DNA of 64,000 nucleotides, taken from positions 30,411-94,410 of the forward strand of contig JAGYLP010000005.1 of the NCBI GenBank assembly GCA_018401015.1, read 5' to 3'. Numbering within the stretch: the first letter of the stretch is position 1; every line of letters begins with the position of its first letter. Below are positions 51,095-61,213 of the stretch, piece by piece. A model generated the notes under the pieces. The model did no database searches and was not told the origin of the DNA. It was given only the letters and a program-made list of their open reading frames with translations. This stretch comes from Bacteroidales bacterium (lineage in GTDB: Bacteria; Bacteroidota; Bacteroidia; Bacteroidales; M50B96). The translations under genes and the position numbers were made by a program.

Positions 51095-51702
51095 TTCGAA
51101 CCTCCCATTTCCTTCAGGCCCAACAATAGTTCGAGAATCAAGTTAGCCTGCATCATAGCTACAATTCCAACACGTGGTGCAAGCGGAGGTAACTCGTCGC
51201 TCACTTCGGTTTCCTGATCGCCGCAAACATGAAAATTGCCAATACTTTCAGTTCGAAGGAGATTATTGGCTCCCCAACCGGCCATTCCACTTGCAGCTAC
51301 CAAGGGAATATGAGGTAATTCCTGAAGAGCAGTTTCTATAAATAAATGCTTCGTTTCTTTCAAGTCGAGTGCCTCTACAATGATATCGCACGATTTAAAA
51401 ATAGGAGTAACATGATGCGCTTCTAATCGTACAGCCAGGGGTAGCACATTCACTTCGGGATAAACCAGTTGCACGTTTTCCTTCAAAGCAAGTACTTTCT
51501 TCTTTCCCAGCTGGTTATGAAAATAATATTGTCGATTCAGATTGGAGAAATTAATGATATCGAAATCGACTACGATCATTTTCCCAATGCCCGATCGGGC
51601 CAACGCCATCGCACAATTAGAACCAAGTCCGCCTGCTCCGGCAATGCCTACAGTTTTACTGGCTAATGTCTTTCGAATGGAATCAAACTCGTTTTGGCTC
51701 AT
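51091..51702 (-). CDS. thiF: Sulfur carrier adenylyltransferase (ThiF-like E1)
   Basis: GAGGLGSN, DFD, SNLNRQ, VEALD, ASGMAG, CGD, APRV...A..QAN; 4-nt overlap with the ThiS-like gene. Confidence 0.85.
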   Translation of the reverse strand: MSQNEFDSIRKTLASKTVGIAGAGGLGSNCAMALARSGIGKMIVVDFDIINFSNLNRQYYFHNQLGKKKVLALKENVQLVYPEVNVLPLAVRLEAHHVTPIFKSCDIIVEALDLKETKHLFIETALQELPHIPLVAASGMAGWGANNLLRTESIGNFHVCGDQETEVSDELPPLAPRVGIVAMMQANLILELLLGLKEMGGSK

Positions 51703-51860
51703 GTACCGCTTTTACATTGAAGGTTGAGGCGGGTTAAAGATAGAAAAATCGGCTCATCTCTGTTTGTGAATAAAACTGTTTATTAAACTTTATTAAAGGT
51801 TTGAATTTGACTTCGAATTCGTCTTAATTTGCGACTCGAGCAAACTATCGTCTCTTTCTA

Positions 51861-53237
51861 ATGAAGTATTTAACACATCCAACCTTCTTTCGATTTCTAT
51901 TTAGCCTGATAGGGATAGTGGTTTTGGTGGTATTCAACCCAACTCAGAATGCCTCTAAATCGCTGTCGGATGTCAGTCTCGATTCCCTTAGTCCGGAAGA
52001 AGAATACACTCTGAATCATTTTTACTACGCCGAAAAAGCACAACAAGTGGATTCCTTCCTCAATTTAGCTCAACACGTCTATGGCTACAATGGAAATGCT
52101 CTCGTTTCGCTTCAAGGTCAGGTTGTTTTAAAAGAAAGCTACGGTAAAATCATTCCCGGCGGGAAGGAAACCTTGCCTGGAGATGCAGCTTTTCAGTTAG
52201 CATCGATCTCCAAGCAATTTACGGCGGTGGGTATCTTGCTCCTCGTTCAGGATGGCTCCCTAAGCCTCGATCAGGATTTGAGCGACTTTATTCCCGAAGT
52301 TCCCTATCCCGATATTACCATCCAGCAGTTATTGCATCACACCTCGGGCTTGCCCAATTACATGTACCTCCTGGAACATCATTGGAAAGAAGAACGCCTT
52401 CCCAACAACGAAGAATTGATTCAGCTATTAGCCCAACATCCTTATCCTCATTACTTTCGCCCAGGTCGCCGACACGACTACAGCAATACCGGCTATGCCC
52501 TCCTGGCCTCCGTTATTGAACGAGTAAGTAAGCAATCCTATGCTCGTTTTATGCATGAGCGTATTTTCCTCCCTCTCGGGATGAAGAATGCCTTTGTGCT
52601 AACTATTTGGGACGAAGCTAATCAGGCCGATCGCATCAAAGGCTACTACAAACGCTGGCGCCGATGGGCAGAGTATCAGCCTACCGTTCACGACGGAATT
52701 GTGGGCGATAAAGGAATTTATGCCTCAGTTTACGACCTTTACCTTTGGGACCGAGGATTGGAAGAAGGGAGATTATTGCACCAAGATTTATTAGCTGAAG
52801 CCTATACTCCGGGGCTTATTCGGGAACGATATCCTTTCCCTTATGGATACGGATTCCGCATTCGCTACGCAAACGATCAGAAAATCGTGTACCACAATGG
52901 GCGTTGGGAAGGATTTCGCAATTCTTTTCATCGTTGCATCGAAAGTGGAAATACCATCGTATTACTCAGCAACAACGACTTTCGCATGGTCGATACCCTC
53001 CGAAAAAAAATCGAACGAATCCTGGCTAACACCCCTGTGAATCACGATTTGGAAATTATCCAAACAACAATGAAACACGGATACGCTTTCGGAAAACAAC
53101 TATACGACTTAAAAAAAGCTGAGAATCCGGGCTATCGCCTCAACCAAGAATTGCTGTACGAAAGCATACGCTACTTCAACTCCATTGGGAAACAGCAATT
53201 GAGCGCTATTCTCGAGCAAATGGCGACTCATAGTTAA
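51861..53237 (+). CDS. Serine hydrolase, class C beta-lactamase / PBP-like family
   Basis: LASISKQFT (SxxK), LLHHTSGL, YSNTGY, HNG; N-terminal membrane anchor. Confidence 0.88.
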   Translation: MKYLTHPTFFRFLFSLIGIVVLVVFNPTQNASKSLSDVSLDSLSPEEEYTLNHFYYAEKAQQVDSFLNLAQHVYGYNGNALVSLQGQVVLKESYGKIIPGGKETLPGDAAFQLASISKQFTAVGILLLVQDGSLSLDQDLSDFIPEVPYPDITIQQLLHHTSGLPNYMYLLEHHWKEERLPNNEELIQLLAQHPYPHYFRPGRRHDYSNTGYALLASVIERVSKQSYARFMHERIFLPLGMKNAFVLTIWDEANQADRIKGYYKRWRRWAEYQPTVHDGIVGDKGIYASVYDLYLWDRGLEEGRLLHQDLLAEAYTPGLIRERYPFPYGYGFRIRYANDQKIVYHNGRWEGFRNSFHRCIESGNTIVLLSNNDFRMVDTLRKKIERILANTPVNHDLEIIQTTMKHGYAFGKQLYDLKKAENPGYRLNQELLYESIRYFNSIGKQQLSAILEQMATHS

Positions 53238-53294
53238 GCTCGCTTTACTAGATGTCGACCAATCTTACCCGTGCATTTGCGAATCGCTACGACC

Positions 53295-53314
53295 ATGCTC
53301 CGGGGAGCATTTTT
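53295..53314 (+). terminator. Probable intrinsic terminator
   Basis: ATGCTCC-GG-GGAGCAT followed by TTTT. Confidence 0.5.
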
Positions 53315-53347
53315 AATATTAAATCAATCATGAATTTTTAAACCGGC

Positions 53348-55657
53348 ATGTCGAATAAAACCTTTCTCGATGAGTTGAATCCATCGCAACGAGCAGCAGT
53401 AGAACACATTAACGGACCTTCGTTGGTTATTGCCGGGGCCGGATCGGGCAAGACCAAAGTACTTACGTTCAAAATAGCCTGGTTGCTGATGCACCGGGTC
53501 GATCCACGCTCCATCCTGGCGCTTACCTTCACGAACAAAGCAGCCAAAGAAATGAAAGAACGGATTGCTCGTATTACCGGCTATCAAATTGCGAATCAAC
53601 TCTGGATGGGCACCTTTCACTCGCGTTTTTCGGTAATCCTCCGTAAGGAAAGCGATAAACTGGGATTCCCTCAAAACTTCACCATCTACGACACTACCGA
53701 TTCCAAAAACGCTATCAAGCAAATCATTAAAGACTTAAAGCTCGACGACAAAATTTATAAGCCCAACGAGATTTTAGGTCGCATTTCTTCCGCAAAAAAC
53801 AATTTGATTACCGCGGCATCCTATGCTGCTAATGATCAATACGTTTCAGCCGACAAGCATTCCCGCCGTCCGGAAATTCAAACCATTTACCGCTTATATA
53901 CAGCTCGTTGTAAAGCCTCAGGAGCCATGGATTTCGACGATCTATTGCTGTACACCAATTTACTTTTTCGCGATTTCCCCGAGGTACTCGAGAAGTATCA
54001 AAACAGTTTTCGGTATATCCTGGTCGATGAGTATCAGGATACCAACTTTGCTCAATACCTCATCATCAAACGATTATCGGAAAAACATCACAATCTCTGC
54101 GTGGTAGGCGACGATGCACAGAGCATTTATGCTTTTCGAGGAGCGAAAATCGAGAATATCCTCAATTTCCGGAACGATTACCCCGACTACCAACTCTTTA
54201 AACTGGAGCAAAACTATCGGTCCACACAAACGATTGTTAATGCAGCCAATAGTCTGATTGCTAAAAACAAAGAGCAGATTCAGAAAAAAGTATTTTCTAA
54301 AAAAGAAGCCGGCAATCCAATTCTAATCATGGAATCGTACACCGACCGCGAGGAAGGCATTATGATTGCCAATTACATTGCTGAAACTGCACTTAAAAAC
54401 CAAATCAAGTTTAAAGATTTTGCCATCCTTTACCGAACCAATGCTCAATCGCGGATTTTTGAAGAATCGCTCCGAAAGGAGAATATTCCTTATCGGATTT
54501 ATGGTGGGTTGAGTTTTTACCAACGCAAAGAGGTAAAGGATCTGTTAGCTTATTTTCGACTGGCTGTAAATCACAACGACGACGAAGCTTTCCGGCGCGT
54601 CGTAAATTATCCCGCACGCGGAATAGGCAAAACGACTCTGAGCAAAGTTGATGAAATGGCTCATATTCAATCCATGAGTATCTGGGAATTATTGAGTAAG
54701 ATTCACCATTTCAATCACTCCTTCAATAAGCCTACCCTGACCAAGTTGCACGAATTCATGAAACTGATTCAACGTTTTTCCGACGGCATCGAAAACAAAG
54801 ATGCCTACGATGCAGCTTATCAAATGGCAACTGAAACAGGCATTCTCAAGGAATTGAGTCAGGATAAAACGCCTGAGTCGATATCGAGGTACGAAAATAT
54901 TCAGGAATTATTGAATGGTATTAAAGATTTTACTACGCTCGATGGCGAAGACAAGTCGGTACCCTTGAGCGAGTACCTTCAGAATGTTGCGTTGCTCACC
55001 GATGCCGACAACGACAACGAAGGAGAGGATAACAAGGTGAATCTTATGACCATTCACAGTGCGAAAGGCTTGGAGTTTAAAAATGTGATTATCGTGGGTA
55101 TGGAGGAAGGACTCTTCCCTTCGCTTCGATCGGCCTCGATGCCGCATGAGCTTGAGGAAGAACGCCGCCTTTTTTACGTAGCCATTACCCGGGCTGAGCA
55201 AGAACTGGTCATCTCTCACACCAAATCCCGCTACATTTGGGGAAGCCTGGAAGCCTGTCGTCCGAGTCGTTTTTTAAAAGACATCAACTCCGAATACCTG
55301 GAGCAATCGCAAGGACTTTTTGGCAAACCTGCTTTCCCCGGAAATCCTTTTCAATCGTTCGATCAGAGTAGAAAAAGTTTTGGAAAAACAACACCCCCCG
55401 AACGGGTTGCTCCACCCCAACCAAAACCTCATTTAAAACCTGTTAAATCAGCACCAAGTGTCGCAAGTTCAGGGAGTTCATCCAATTCCTTTTCAGAGCC
55501 TGAAGTAGGTTCACGTGTTAAACACGAACGTTTTGGTATAGGCACCGTTTTGAAACTCGAAGGCGATCAGGCAAACCGAAAAGCTACGGTTGAATTTCCC
55601 GTAGCCGGAACCAAGCAGCTCCTCTTGAAGTTTGCGAAGCTGGAGGCAATTAATTAA
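53348..55657 (+). CDS. uvrD: UvrD/PcrA ATP-dependent DNA helicase
   Basis: AGAGSGKT, TFTNKAA, VDEYQD, GDDAQSIY, LEQNYRS, TIHSAKGLEF, EERRLFYVA.TRA, C-terminal Tudor-like domain. Confidence 0.95.
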   Translation: MSNKTFLDELNPSQRAAVEHINGPSLVIAGAGSGKTKVLTFKIAWLLMHRVDPRSILALTFTNKAAKEMKERIARITGYQIANQLWMGTFHSRFSVILRKESDKLGFPQNFTIYDTTDSKNAIKQIIKDLKLDDKIYKPNEILGRISSAKNNLITAASYAANDQYVSADKHSRRPEIQTIYRLYTARCKASGAMDFDDLLLYTNLLFRDFPEVLEKYQNSFRYILVDEYQDTNFAQYLIIKRLSEKHHNLCVVGDDAQSIYAFRGAKIENILNFRNDYPDYQLFKLEQNYRSTQTIVNAANSLIAKNKEQIQKKVFSKKEAGNPILIMESYTDREEGIMIANYIAETALKNQIKFKDFAILYRTNAQSRIFEESLRKENIPYRIYGGLSFYQRKEVKDLLAYFRLAVNHNDDEAFRRVVNYPARGIGKTTLSKVDEMAHIQSMSIWELLSKIHHFNHSFNKPTLTKLHEFMKLIQRFSDGIENKDAYDAAYQMATETGILKELSQDKTPESISRYENIQELLNGIKDFTTLDGEDKSVPLSEYLQNVALLTDADNDNEGEDNKVNLMTIHSAKGLEFKNVIIVGMEEGLFPSLRSASMPHELEEERRLFYVAITRAEQELVISHTKSRYIWGSLEACRPSRFLKDINSEYLEQSQGLFGKPAFPGNPFQSFDQSRKSFGKTTPPERVAPPQPKPHLKPVKSAPSVASSGSSSNSFSEPEVGSRVKHERFGIGTVLKLEGDQANRKATVEFPVAGTKQLLLKFAKLEAIN

Positions 55658-55756
55658 ATGATAAGCCTTTTTTATTTGACAATTTATCAGCAATTTTGAA
55701 GTTTGATTCTAAGAATCGAACACACAAGTGTTTACTTAAACAAAACTCACTCTTTT

Positions 55757-56365
55757 ATGGATTACAATACTTCCCGGTCCGGGCTTATTTTGCCAGAATA
55801 TGGTAGAAATATTCACCGCATGGTGAATCAAATGAAGGCCGTAGCCGACCGCAACAAGCGTAATAAATTAGCTAAAACCATCATTAGCACCATGGCTACG
55901 CTAAACCCGGCACTCAAAGGGAGCGAAGGAAGCGATATGCATCGTAAATTATGGGATCACCTTTTTATTATGGCCGATTTCGATTTAGATATCGATTCAC
56001 CTTACCCTACTCCAAAACGAGAACAATTCAATGCTAAACCCTCGAAAGTTGGTTATCCTAAGGTAAAAATGCGTTACCGGTATTATGGCAAAATGATGGA
56101 AGATATCCTATCTAAAATTCATCATATTGAACCCAAAGAAATGCGCGATCGAACCTTAGTTGTGTTGGCCAATCAAATGAAAAAACTCTACCTAACCTGG
56201 AATCGCGATACCGTTACCGACGAACTGATTTGGTCGGATTTAAAAGGAATGGTAAATGAATCGGTCCAGGTGGATACACAAGCAAGCTTGGGAGAATACA
56301 AAGAAGTGGTTGCTCCGGCCAAGAAAAATAAAAAGCGGGGGCGACCCAATATGAAAAAGTATTAA
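55757..56365 (+). CDS. DUF4290 family protein
   Basis: YNT.R..L..PEYGRNI, KLWDHLFIM, IDSPYP, YRYYG, ANQMKK.YL.WN; upstream of murA. Confidence 0.88.
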   Translation: MDYNTSRSGLILPEYGRNIHRMVNQMKAVADRNKRNKLAKTIISTMATLNPALKGSEGSDMHRKLWDHLFIMADFDLDIDSPYPTPKREQFNAKPSKVGYPKVKMRYRYYGKMMEDILSKIHHIEPKEMRDRTLVVLANQMKKLYLTWNRDTVTDELIWSDLKGMVNESVQVDTQASLGEYKEVVAPAKKNKKRGRPNMKKY

Positions 56366-56388
56366 TACAGTTTCTTGTTTTTTTACTC

Positions 56389-56427
56389 AAAAACCTGACA
56401 AGTTCTCAACGCGTGTCAGGTTTTTTT
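56389..56427 (+). terminator. Hairpin / intrinsic terminator between DUF4290 and murA
   Basis: AAAAACCTGACA...TGTCAGGTTTTTTT. Confidence 0.6.
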
Positions 56428-56439
56428 AATTCAAGCATT

Positions 56440-57750
56440 ATGGCAAGTTTTGAAATAACAGGCGGGAAAAAACTGCAGGGAGAATTAACTCCTCAGGGAG
56501 CTAAGAATGAGGCACTGCAAGTAATTTGCGCTACCCTTTTAACCCAAGAAAAAGTCATTATCCGAAATATCCCCGAGATTATCGATGTAATCAAACTGAT
56601 TGACCTATTGCGCTGCATGGGCGTGAAAATCGAGAAGATAGCCGACTCTGCCTACTCATTTGAGGCAAAAGACATCCAAACCGATTTTCTGCTAACCCGG
56701 TCTTTCAAAGAAAAAGCTGGCAGTCTGCGAGGTTCGGTTATGATTCTGGGTCCGCTCTTAGCTCGTTTCGGAATAGCCTATACGCCCAAACCCGGTGGCG
56801 ATAAAATTGGCCGCCGACGGCTCGACACCCACTTCATGGGGTTCGAAAAACTAGGTGCCCGCTTTGAGTACGACCCAAACAATAATTTTTACTCCATAAA
56901 AGGAGATTCCCTCAAAGGATGTTACATGCTGCTGGACGAAGCCTCGGTTACCGGAACGGCCAACATCGTAATGGCAGCCTGCATGGCCGAGGGGCGAACC
57001 AGCATCTACAATGCAGCTTGCGAACCTTACGTCCAACAATTGTGTAAAATGCTTGTTGGCATGGGAGCTAAAATTAGCGGTATTGGTTCCAATCTGTTGC
57101 ATATCGACGGGGTAAAAGAACTTGGCGGAACGGAACACCAAATTCTACCCGACATGATTGAGATTGGATCCTTTATCGGCATGGCAGCCATGACCCAATC
57201 GGAGATTCGAATTAAAAACGTAGCCTACCCCGAGTTGGGAATCATTCCGGATTCTTTCCGCCGATTGGGAATACAATTGGAGAGGCAGGGCGACGATATC
57301 TTCATCCCCGCACAATCGCACTATCAAATCGAAACCTTCATCGATGGATCGATTATGACCATTGCCGATGCTATTTGGCCAGGATTAACGCCCGACCTTT
57401 TGAGCGTTTTCCTGGTAGTTGCAACCCAGGCAAAAGGCTCTGTTCTTATCCATCAAAAAATGTTTGAAAGCCGACTATTCTTTGTCGATAAATTAATCGA
57501 CATGGGAGCACAAATTATTCTTTGCGACCCCCACCGGGCAACGGTAATCGGGCTTAATCAGGAACAACGTCTGCGCGGAACGGTAATGGTTTCGCCCGAC
57601 ATCCGTGCCGGAGTCGCTTTGCTCATTGCAGCTCTCTCGGCCGAGGGGAAAAGCATCATCCACAACATCGATCAAATCGACCGAGGCTATCAGCAAATCG
57701 ACCAACGTTTAAATGCTATCGGTGCATCCATTCGTCGTATCGACGATTAA
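56440..57750 (+). CDS. murA: UDP-N-acetylglucosamine 1-carboxyvinyltransferase
   Basis: GAKNEAL, LRGS, PGGDKIGRR, ASVTGTAN, PDIRAG, IDRGY. Confidence 0.97.
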   Translation: MASFEITGGKKLQGELTPQGAKNEALQVICATLLTQEKVIIRNIPEIIDVIKLIDLLRCMGVKIEKIADSAYSFEAKDIQTDFLLTRSFKEKAGSLRGSVMILGPLLARFGIAYTPKPGGDKIGRRRLDTHFMGFEKLGARFEYDPNNNFYSIKGDSLKGCYMLLDEASVTGTANIVMAACMAEGRTSIYNAACEPYVQQLCKMLVGMGAKISGIGSNLLHIDGVKELGGTEHQILPDMIEIGSFIGMAAMTQSEIRIKNVAYPELGIIPDSFRRLGIQLERQGDDIFIPAQSHYQIETFIDGSIMTIADAIWPGLTPDLLSVFLVVATQAKGSVLIHQKMFESRLFFVDKLIDMGAQIILCDPHRATVIGLNQEQRLRGTVMVSPDIRAGVALLIAALSAEGKSIIHNIDQIDRGYQQIDQRLNAIGASIRRIDD

Positions 57751-57776
57751 TCAGCCTTCATCCGTTAACGCAAACT

Positions 57777-58907
57777 ATGAAATTCAGTCTTCTTCATACC
57801 GACCCCCAATCGAAAGCACGAGCCGGTCTGCTCGAAACAGACCACGGCCCCATAGAAACACCCATCTTCATGCCGGTAGGCACACTGGGTTCGGTCAAAG
57901 CAGTTCATCAACGCGAGTTGCGCGATGATATTCAAGCTCAAATCATTCTGGGAAACACCTATCATCTCTATTTACGTCCCGGAACCACGGTATTAAAAGA
58001 AGCTGGTGGCCTGCACCGTTTCAACGGGTGGGAAAAACCGATTTTAACCGACAGCGGTGGGTTTCAGGTTTTCTCGCTAGCAGGAATCAGGAAACTAAAG
58101 GAAGAAGGGGTTACTTTTCAGTCGCATATCGACGGCAGCCGACATGTGTTTACTCCTGAATCGGTTGTAGATACACAGCGTATCATTGGAGCCGACATCA
58201 TGATGGCACTGGATGAATGTCCTCCGGGTGATTCCGATTTTGCGTATGCGAAAAAATCGATGGACCTCACCCACCGATGGTTAGCCAGAGGGGTAAAACA
58301 CTATCAGTCCAGCTACCCGCTTTATGGCTACCATCAGAGCTTCTTCCCGATTGTGCAGGGAGCTTCGTTTAAAGAGCTGCGGAAGCAATCGGCTGAAACC
58401 ATTGCTTCCTACAACATGGATGGGAATGCCATCGGCGGGCTTGCAGTTGGCGAACCGGTGGATGTAATGTATGCTATGACCGATGTTGTAACCGATATTC
58501 TGCCCAGCGATAAACCACGCTATTTAATGGGCGTGGGTACACCCGCCAATATCCTTGAATCGATTGCTCTGGGCGTGGACATGTTCGATTGCGTGATGCC
58601 AACCCGAAACGGTCGGAATGGACAGTTATTTACGTCGGAAGGAATTATTAACATCCGCAATAAAAAATGGCACAACGACTTTTCACCCCTCGACCCGAAC
58701 GGAAGTGCCTGGGTGGATCAACACTATTCCAAAGCTTATTTGCGACACTTGATTATTTCGAATGAAATCCTGGGTTTGCAAATTGCCAGTATTCATAATC
58801 TCGCTTTTTATTTATGGCTCGTTCGCGAAGCGCGGAAAGCAATTTTAGAAAATCGATTCGCGGCCTGGAAAAATGCGCTCGTTCCTAAACTCGAGAACCG
58901 ACTCTAA
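57777..58907 (+). CDS. tgt: tRNA-guanine transglycosylase
   Basis: TPIFMPVGT, GNTYHL, TDSGGFQV, DEC, GGLAVGE, DMFDCVMPTRNGRNG, HNL. Confidence 0.97.
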   Translation: MKFSLLHTDPQSKARAGLLETDHGPIETPIFMPVGTLGSVKAVHQRELRDDIQAQIILGNTYHLYLRPGTTVLKEAGGLHRFNGWEKPILTDSGGFQVFSLAGIRKLKEEGVTFQSHIDGSRHVFTPESVVDTQRIIGADIMMALDECPPGDSDFAYAKKSMDLTHRWLARGVKHYQSSYPLYGYHQSFFPIVQGASFKELRKQSAETIASYNMDGNAIGGLAVGEPVDVMYAMTDVVTDILPSDKPRYLMGVGTPANILESIALGVDMFDCVMPTRNGRNGQLFTSEGIINIRNKKWHNDFSPLDPNGSAWVDQHYSKAYLRHLIISNEILGLQIASIHNLAFYLWLVREARKAILENRFAAWKNALVPKLENRL

Positions 58908-58956
58908 ACAATATGCAACCTCTTTTCTTTACTTTACCAGTCTATTAAAAACAGCC

Positions 58957-60039
58957 ATGTGGATAGGAAAACTTGACCGTTATATTATTGGAAAGTTCAT
59001 TGGGACCTATGTATATTCCATTGTGCTGATTATTTCCATTGCGGTTGTTTTCGATTTAACCGACCGAATCGATAATTTCATCGACAAACAGGTTCCCATC
59101 GAAGCGGTCTTTTTCGACTACTACCTGAATTTCATTCCTTATTTCGCCAATCTCTTTTCTGCTTTATTCACCTTCATCGCTGTTATTTATTTCACCTCAC
59201 GCATGGCGAATCAAACCGAAATTATAGCGATTCTCAGTTCCGGCGTAAGCTTTTACCGGCTTACCCGACCTTATCTCATTTCGGCCTTACTCATAGCCAT
59301 GCTTTCCTTTTCGCTAAATGCCTGGGTGATTCCCTATGCGAATAAAGATCGTTACGATTTTCAAGAAAAATACATGGATAGGCCCTACAGAAATTACGAC
59401 CGTAACATCCATCGGCAAATTGAACCGGGTGTCTATATTTACATGGAAAGCTATAATACCAGCAATCGAATTGCCTACAAATTTTCGATAGAGCAATTCG
59501 AAAACAAAAAACTGGTATCTAAACTCTTGGCCGATTATGCCCGATACAATGAGGAAAGTCGGCTTTGGGAAGTAAATAACTACACCATTCGAGCTATTGA
59601 AGGAGATAAAGAAACCTTATTTACCGGTCAACGAATCGATACGGTAATCAATATCTCACCGGTCGATTTCAATTATCGAAACTCCATTGTGGAAACCATG
59701 ACCAGCCCGGAGCTGGATGCATTTATCGAGAACCAGCGCATGCATGGAGTAACGCAAATTGAATCGTATTTAATTGAGAAGCATCGACGTTGGAGCGACC
59801 CATTTTCCACCTTCATTTTAACCCTAATTGGTTTGGCCTTGGCTTCGCGAAAAGTGAAAGGAGGCAGTGGCTTGCATATTGGCATCGGATTAATGCTCAG
59901 CTTCACCTACATATTATTCATGCGTATTAGTTCGCAATTTGCTGTGAAAGGGAACCTCGATCCCATGCTTGCGAGTTGGCTACCCAACATCCTCTATAGC
60001 CTGATTGCTGCCTACACCTATTGGAAAGCTCCCAAGTAA
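58957..60039 (+). CDS. LptF/LptG family LPS export permease
   Basis: LDRYI, EIIAILSSG.S..RL..P, six TM helices, WLPN. Confidence 0.9.
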   Translation: MWIGKLDRYIIGKFIGTYVYSIVLIISIAVVFDLTDRIDNFIDKQVPIEAVFFDYYLNFIPYFANLFSALFTFIAVIYFTSRMANQTEIIAILSSGVSFYRLTRPYLISALLIAMLSFSLNAWVIPYANKDRYDFQEKYMDRPYRNYDRNIHRQIEPGVYIYMESYNTSNRIAYKFSIEQFENKKLVSKLLADYARYNEESRLWEVNNYTIRAIEGDKETLFTGQRIDTVINISPVDFNYRNSIVETMTSPELDAFIENQRMHGVTQIESYLIEKHRRWSDPFSTFILTLIGLALASRKVKGGSGLHIGIGLMLSFTYILFMRISSQFAVKGNLDPMLASWLPNILYSLIAAYTYWKAPK

Positions 60040-60043
60040 ACAG

Positions 60044-60571
60044 TTATTCTTTCTGAGCATTCATCTGTTCAAACTCCTCCACAATTTCTTCGAGGGTTTT
60101 TCCCAAATTCTTTAGACTGACCGAGGCATCTTGATAGAGTTCATGTTCCGGATAGCGTTCCACGAACATTTCGAAGAACTCGCGTGCCTTCTCTGAGTTA
60201 TTCATCATCGATTCGTAAATAAAGGCCTCTATAAAAATAACCTCAGCCATTTTTTCGAAATCGGGATAAGTATTGCGAAGTTGCTCCAGGTATTGCAAAG
60301 CCTGGCTTCCCTGGTTGATGTTCATCGATAATTCACCGGCTTTAAAAAGATAGAGAGGTGATTGAGGATCGGATGGAAATTCCTCGACGTAGGCAATATA
60401 AGACGAAATTAGTTGAGTAGCGGTTTGCATATCGATGCTTACACGCTCCGGATCGAGCAAGCTTGTTTCCAGGTTGCTAATTTCTTCTAACTTTTTTTGC
60501 TGTGAACCATTACAACCGACCAAGAAGGCCAGCATGACGATTATTCCTAAAGAGAGCAATTGCGTTTTCAT
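60044..60571 (-). CDS. TPR-containing lipoprotein
   Basis: Lipobox LVGC; FP.DP.SP..LFKAG and YP helical repeats. Confidence 0.75.
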   Translation of the reverse strand: MKTQLLSLGIIVMLAFLVGCNGSQQKKLEEISNLETSLLDPERVSIDMQTATQLISSYIAYVEEFPSDPQSPLYLFKAGELSMNINQGSQALQYLEQLRNTYPDFEKMAEVIFIEAFIYESMMNNSEKAREFFEMFVERYPEHELYQDASVSLKNLGKTLEEIVEEFEQMNAQKE

Positions 60572-60596
60572 ACACCTGGTTTTAAACATGAAACAA

Positions 60597-61151
60597 TTAT
60601 CGAGGCAACAACATCCGGTAACTGGTATCGACCTGACCTTTTGAAATAGCTGTGAGTTTGCTTTTCAGTAATTTTCGTTTCAAAGGAGTTAATCGATCGG
60701 TAAAAAGTACTCCATCGAGATGATCGTACTCGTGTTGCATGATGCGAGCGGGAATTCCGGTAAAGACGTTACGATGAAAAGTCCAATTTTCGTCGTAATA
60801 CTCCAGTACAATTTGCTCCGGACGTTTAACATCTTCCCGAATTCCGGGAATACTTAAACACCCTTCGCTAAAGGACCAATCCTCGCCGTTCTCTTCTACA
60901 ATATGCGCATTAATAAACACCTTTTTAAAATCCTTAAAAGCTTCGTGCTCATCGCCCATTGGGCTGGCGTCCATCACAAAAAGTCGAATAGACAAGTTAA
61001 CCTGTGGAGCGGCAAGACCCACTCCTTCAGCCTTATACATGGTTTCAAACAGATTCTCGATTAGTTCCTTCAAATTGGGATAATCGGGAGTTATATCTTC
61101 GGCCACTTTTCGTAAAACAGGGTGGCCATAGGCGACTATCGGTAATATCAT
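60597..61151 (-). CDS. def: Peptide deformylase
   Basis: GVGLAAPQ, EGCLS, QHEYDHLDG. Confidence 0.97.
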   Translation of the reverse strand: MILPIVAYGHPVLRKVAEDITPDYPNLKELIENLFETMYKAEGVGLAAPQVNLSIRLFVMDASPMGDEHEAFKDFKKVFINAHIVEENGEDWSFSEGCLSIPGIREDVKRPEQIVLEYYDENWTFHRNVFTGIPARIMQHEYDHLDGVLFTDRLTPLKRKLLKSKLTAISKGQVDTSYRMLLPR

Positions 61152-61169
61152 GGTTCTAAAATTTGATCA

Positions 61170-61177
61170 CAAATATA
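61170..61177 (-). promoter_or_regulatory. -7 promoter element (TATATTTG) for def
   Basis: Exact TAnnTTTG on the minus strand 18 nt upstream of the ATG. Confidence 0.6.
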
Positions 61178-61213
61178 GAGCTTAAATTGAAAGACTTAAA
61201 TACAAAAATACAC

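Noticed and set aside
51703-51860. TPP riboswitch upstream of thiF-thiS
   Set aside because: No CUGAGA or ACCUGA...GCGUAGGGA core on the minus strand.
51861-53237. Acquired beta-lactam resistance gene
   Set aside because: Generic membrane-anchored serine hydrolase in a chromosomal context; activity cannot be inferred from motifs.
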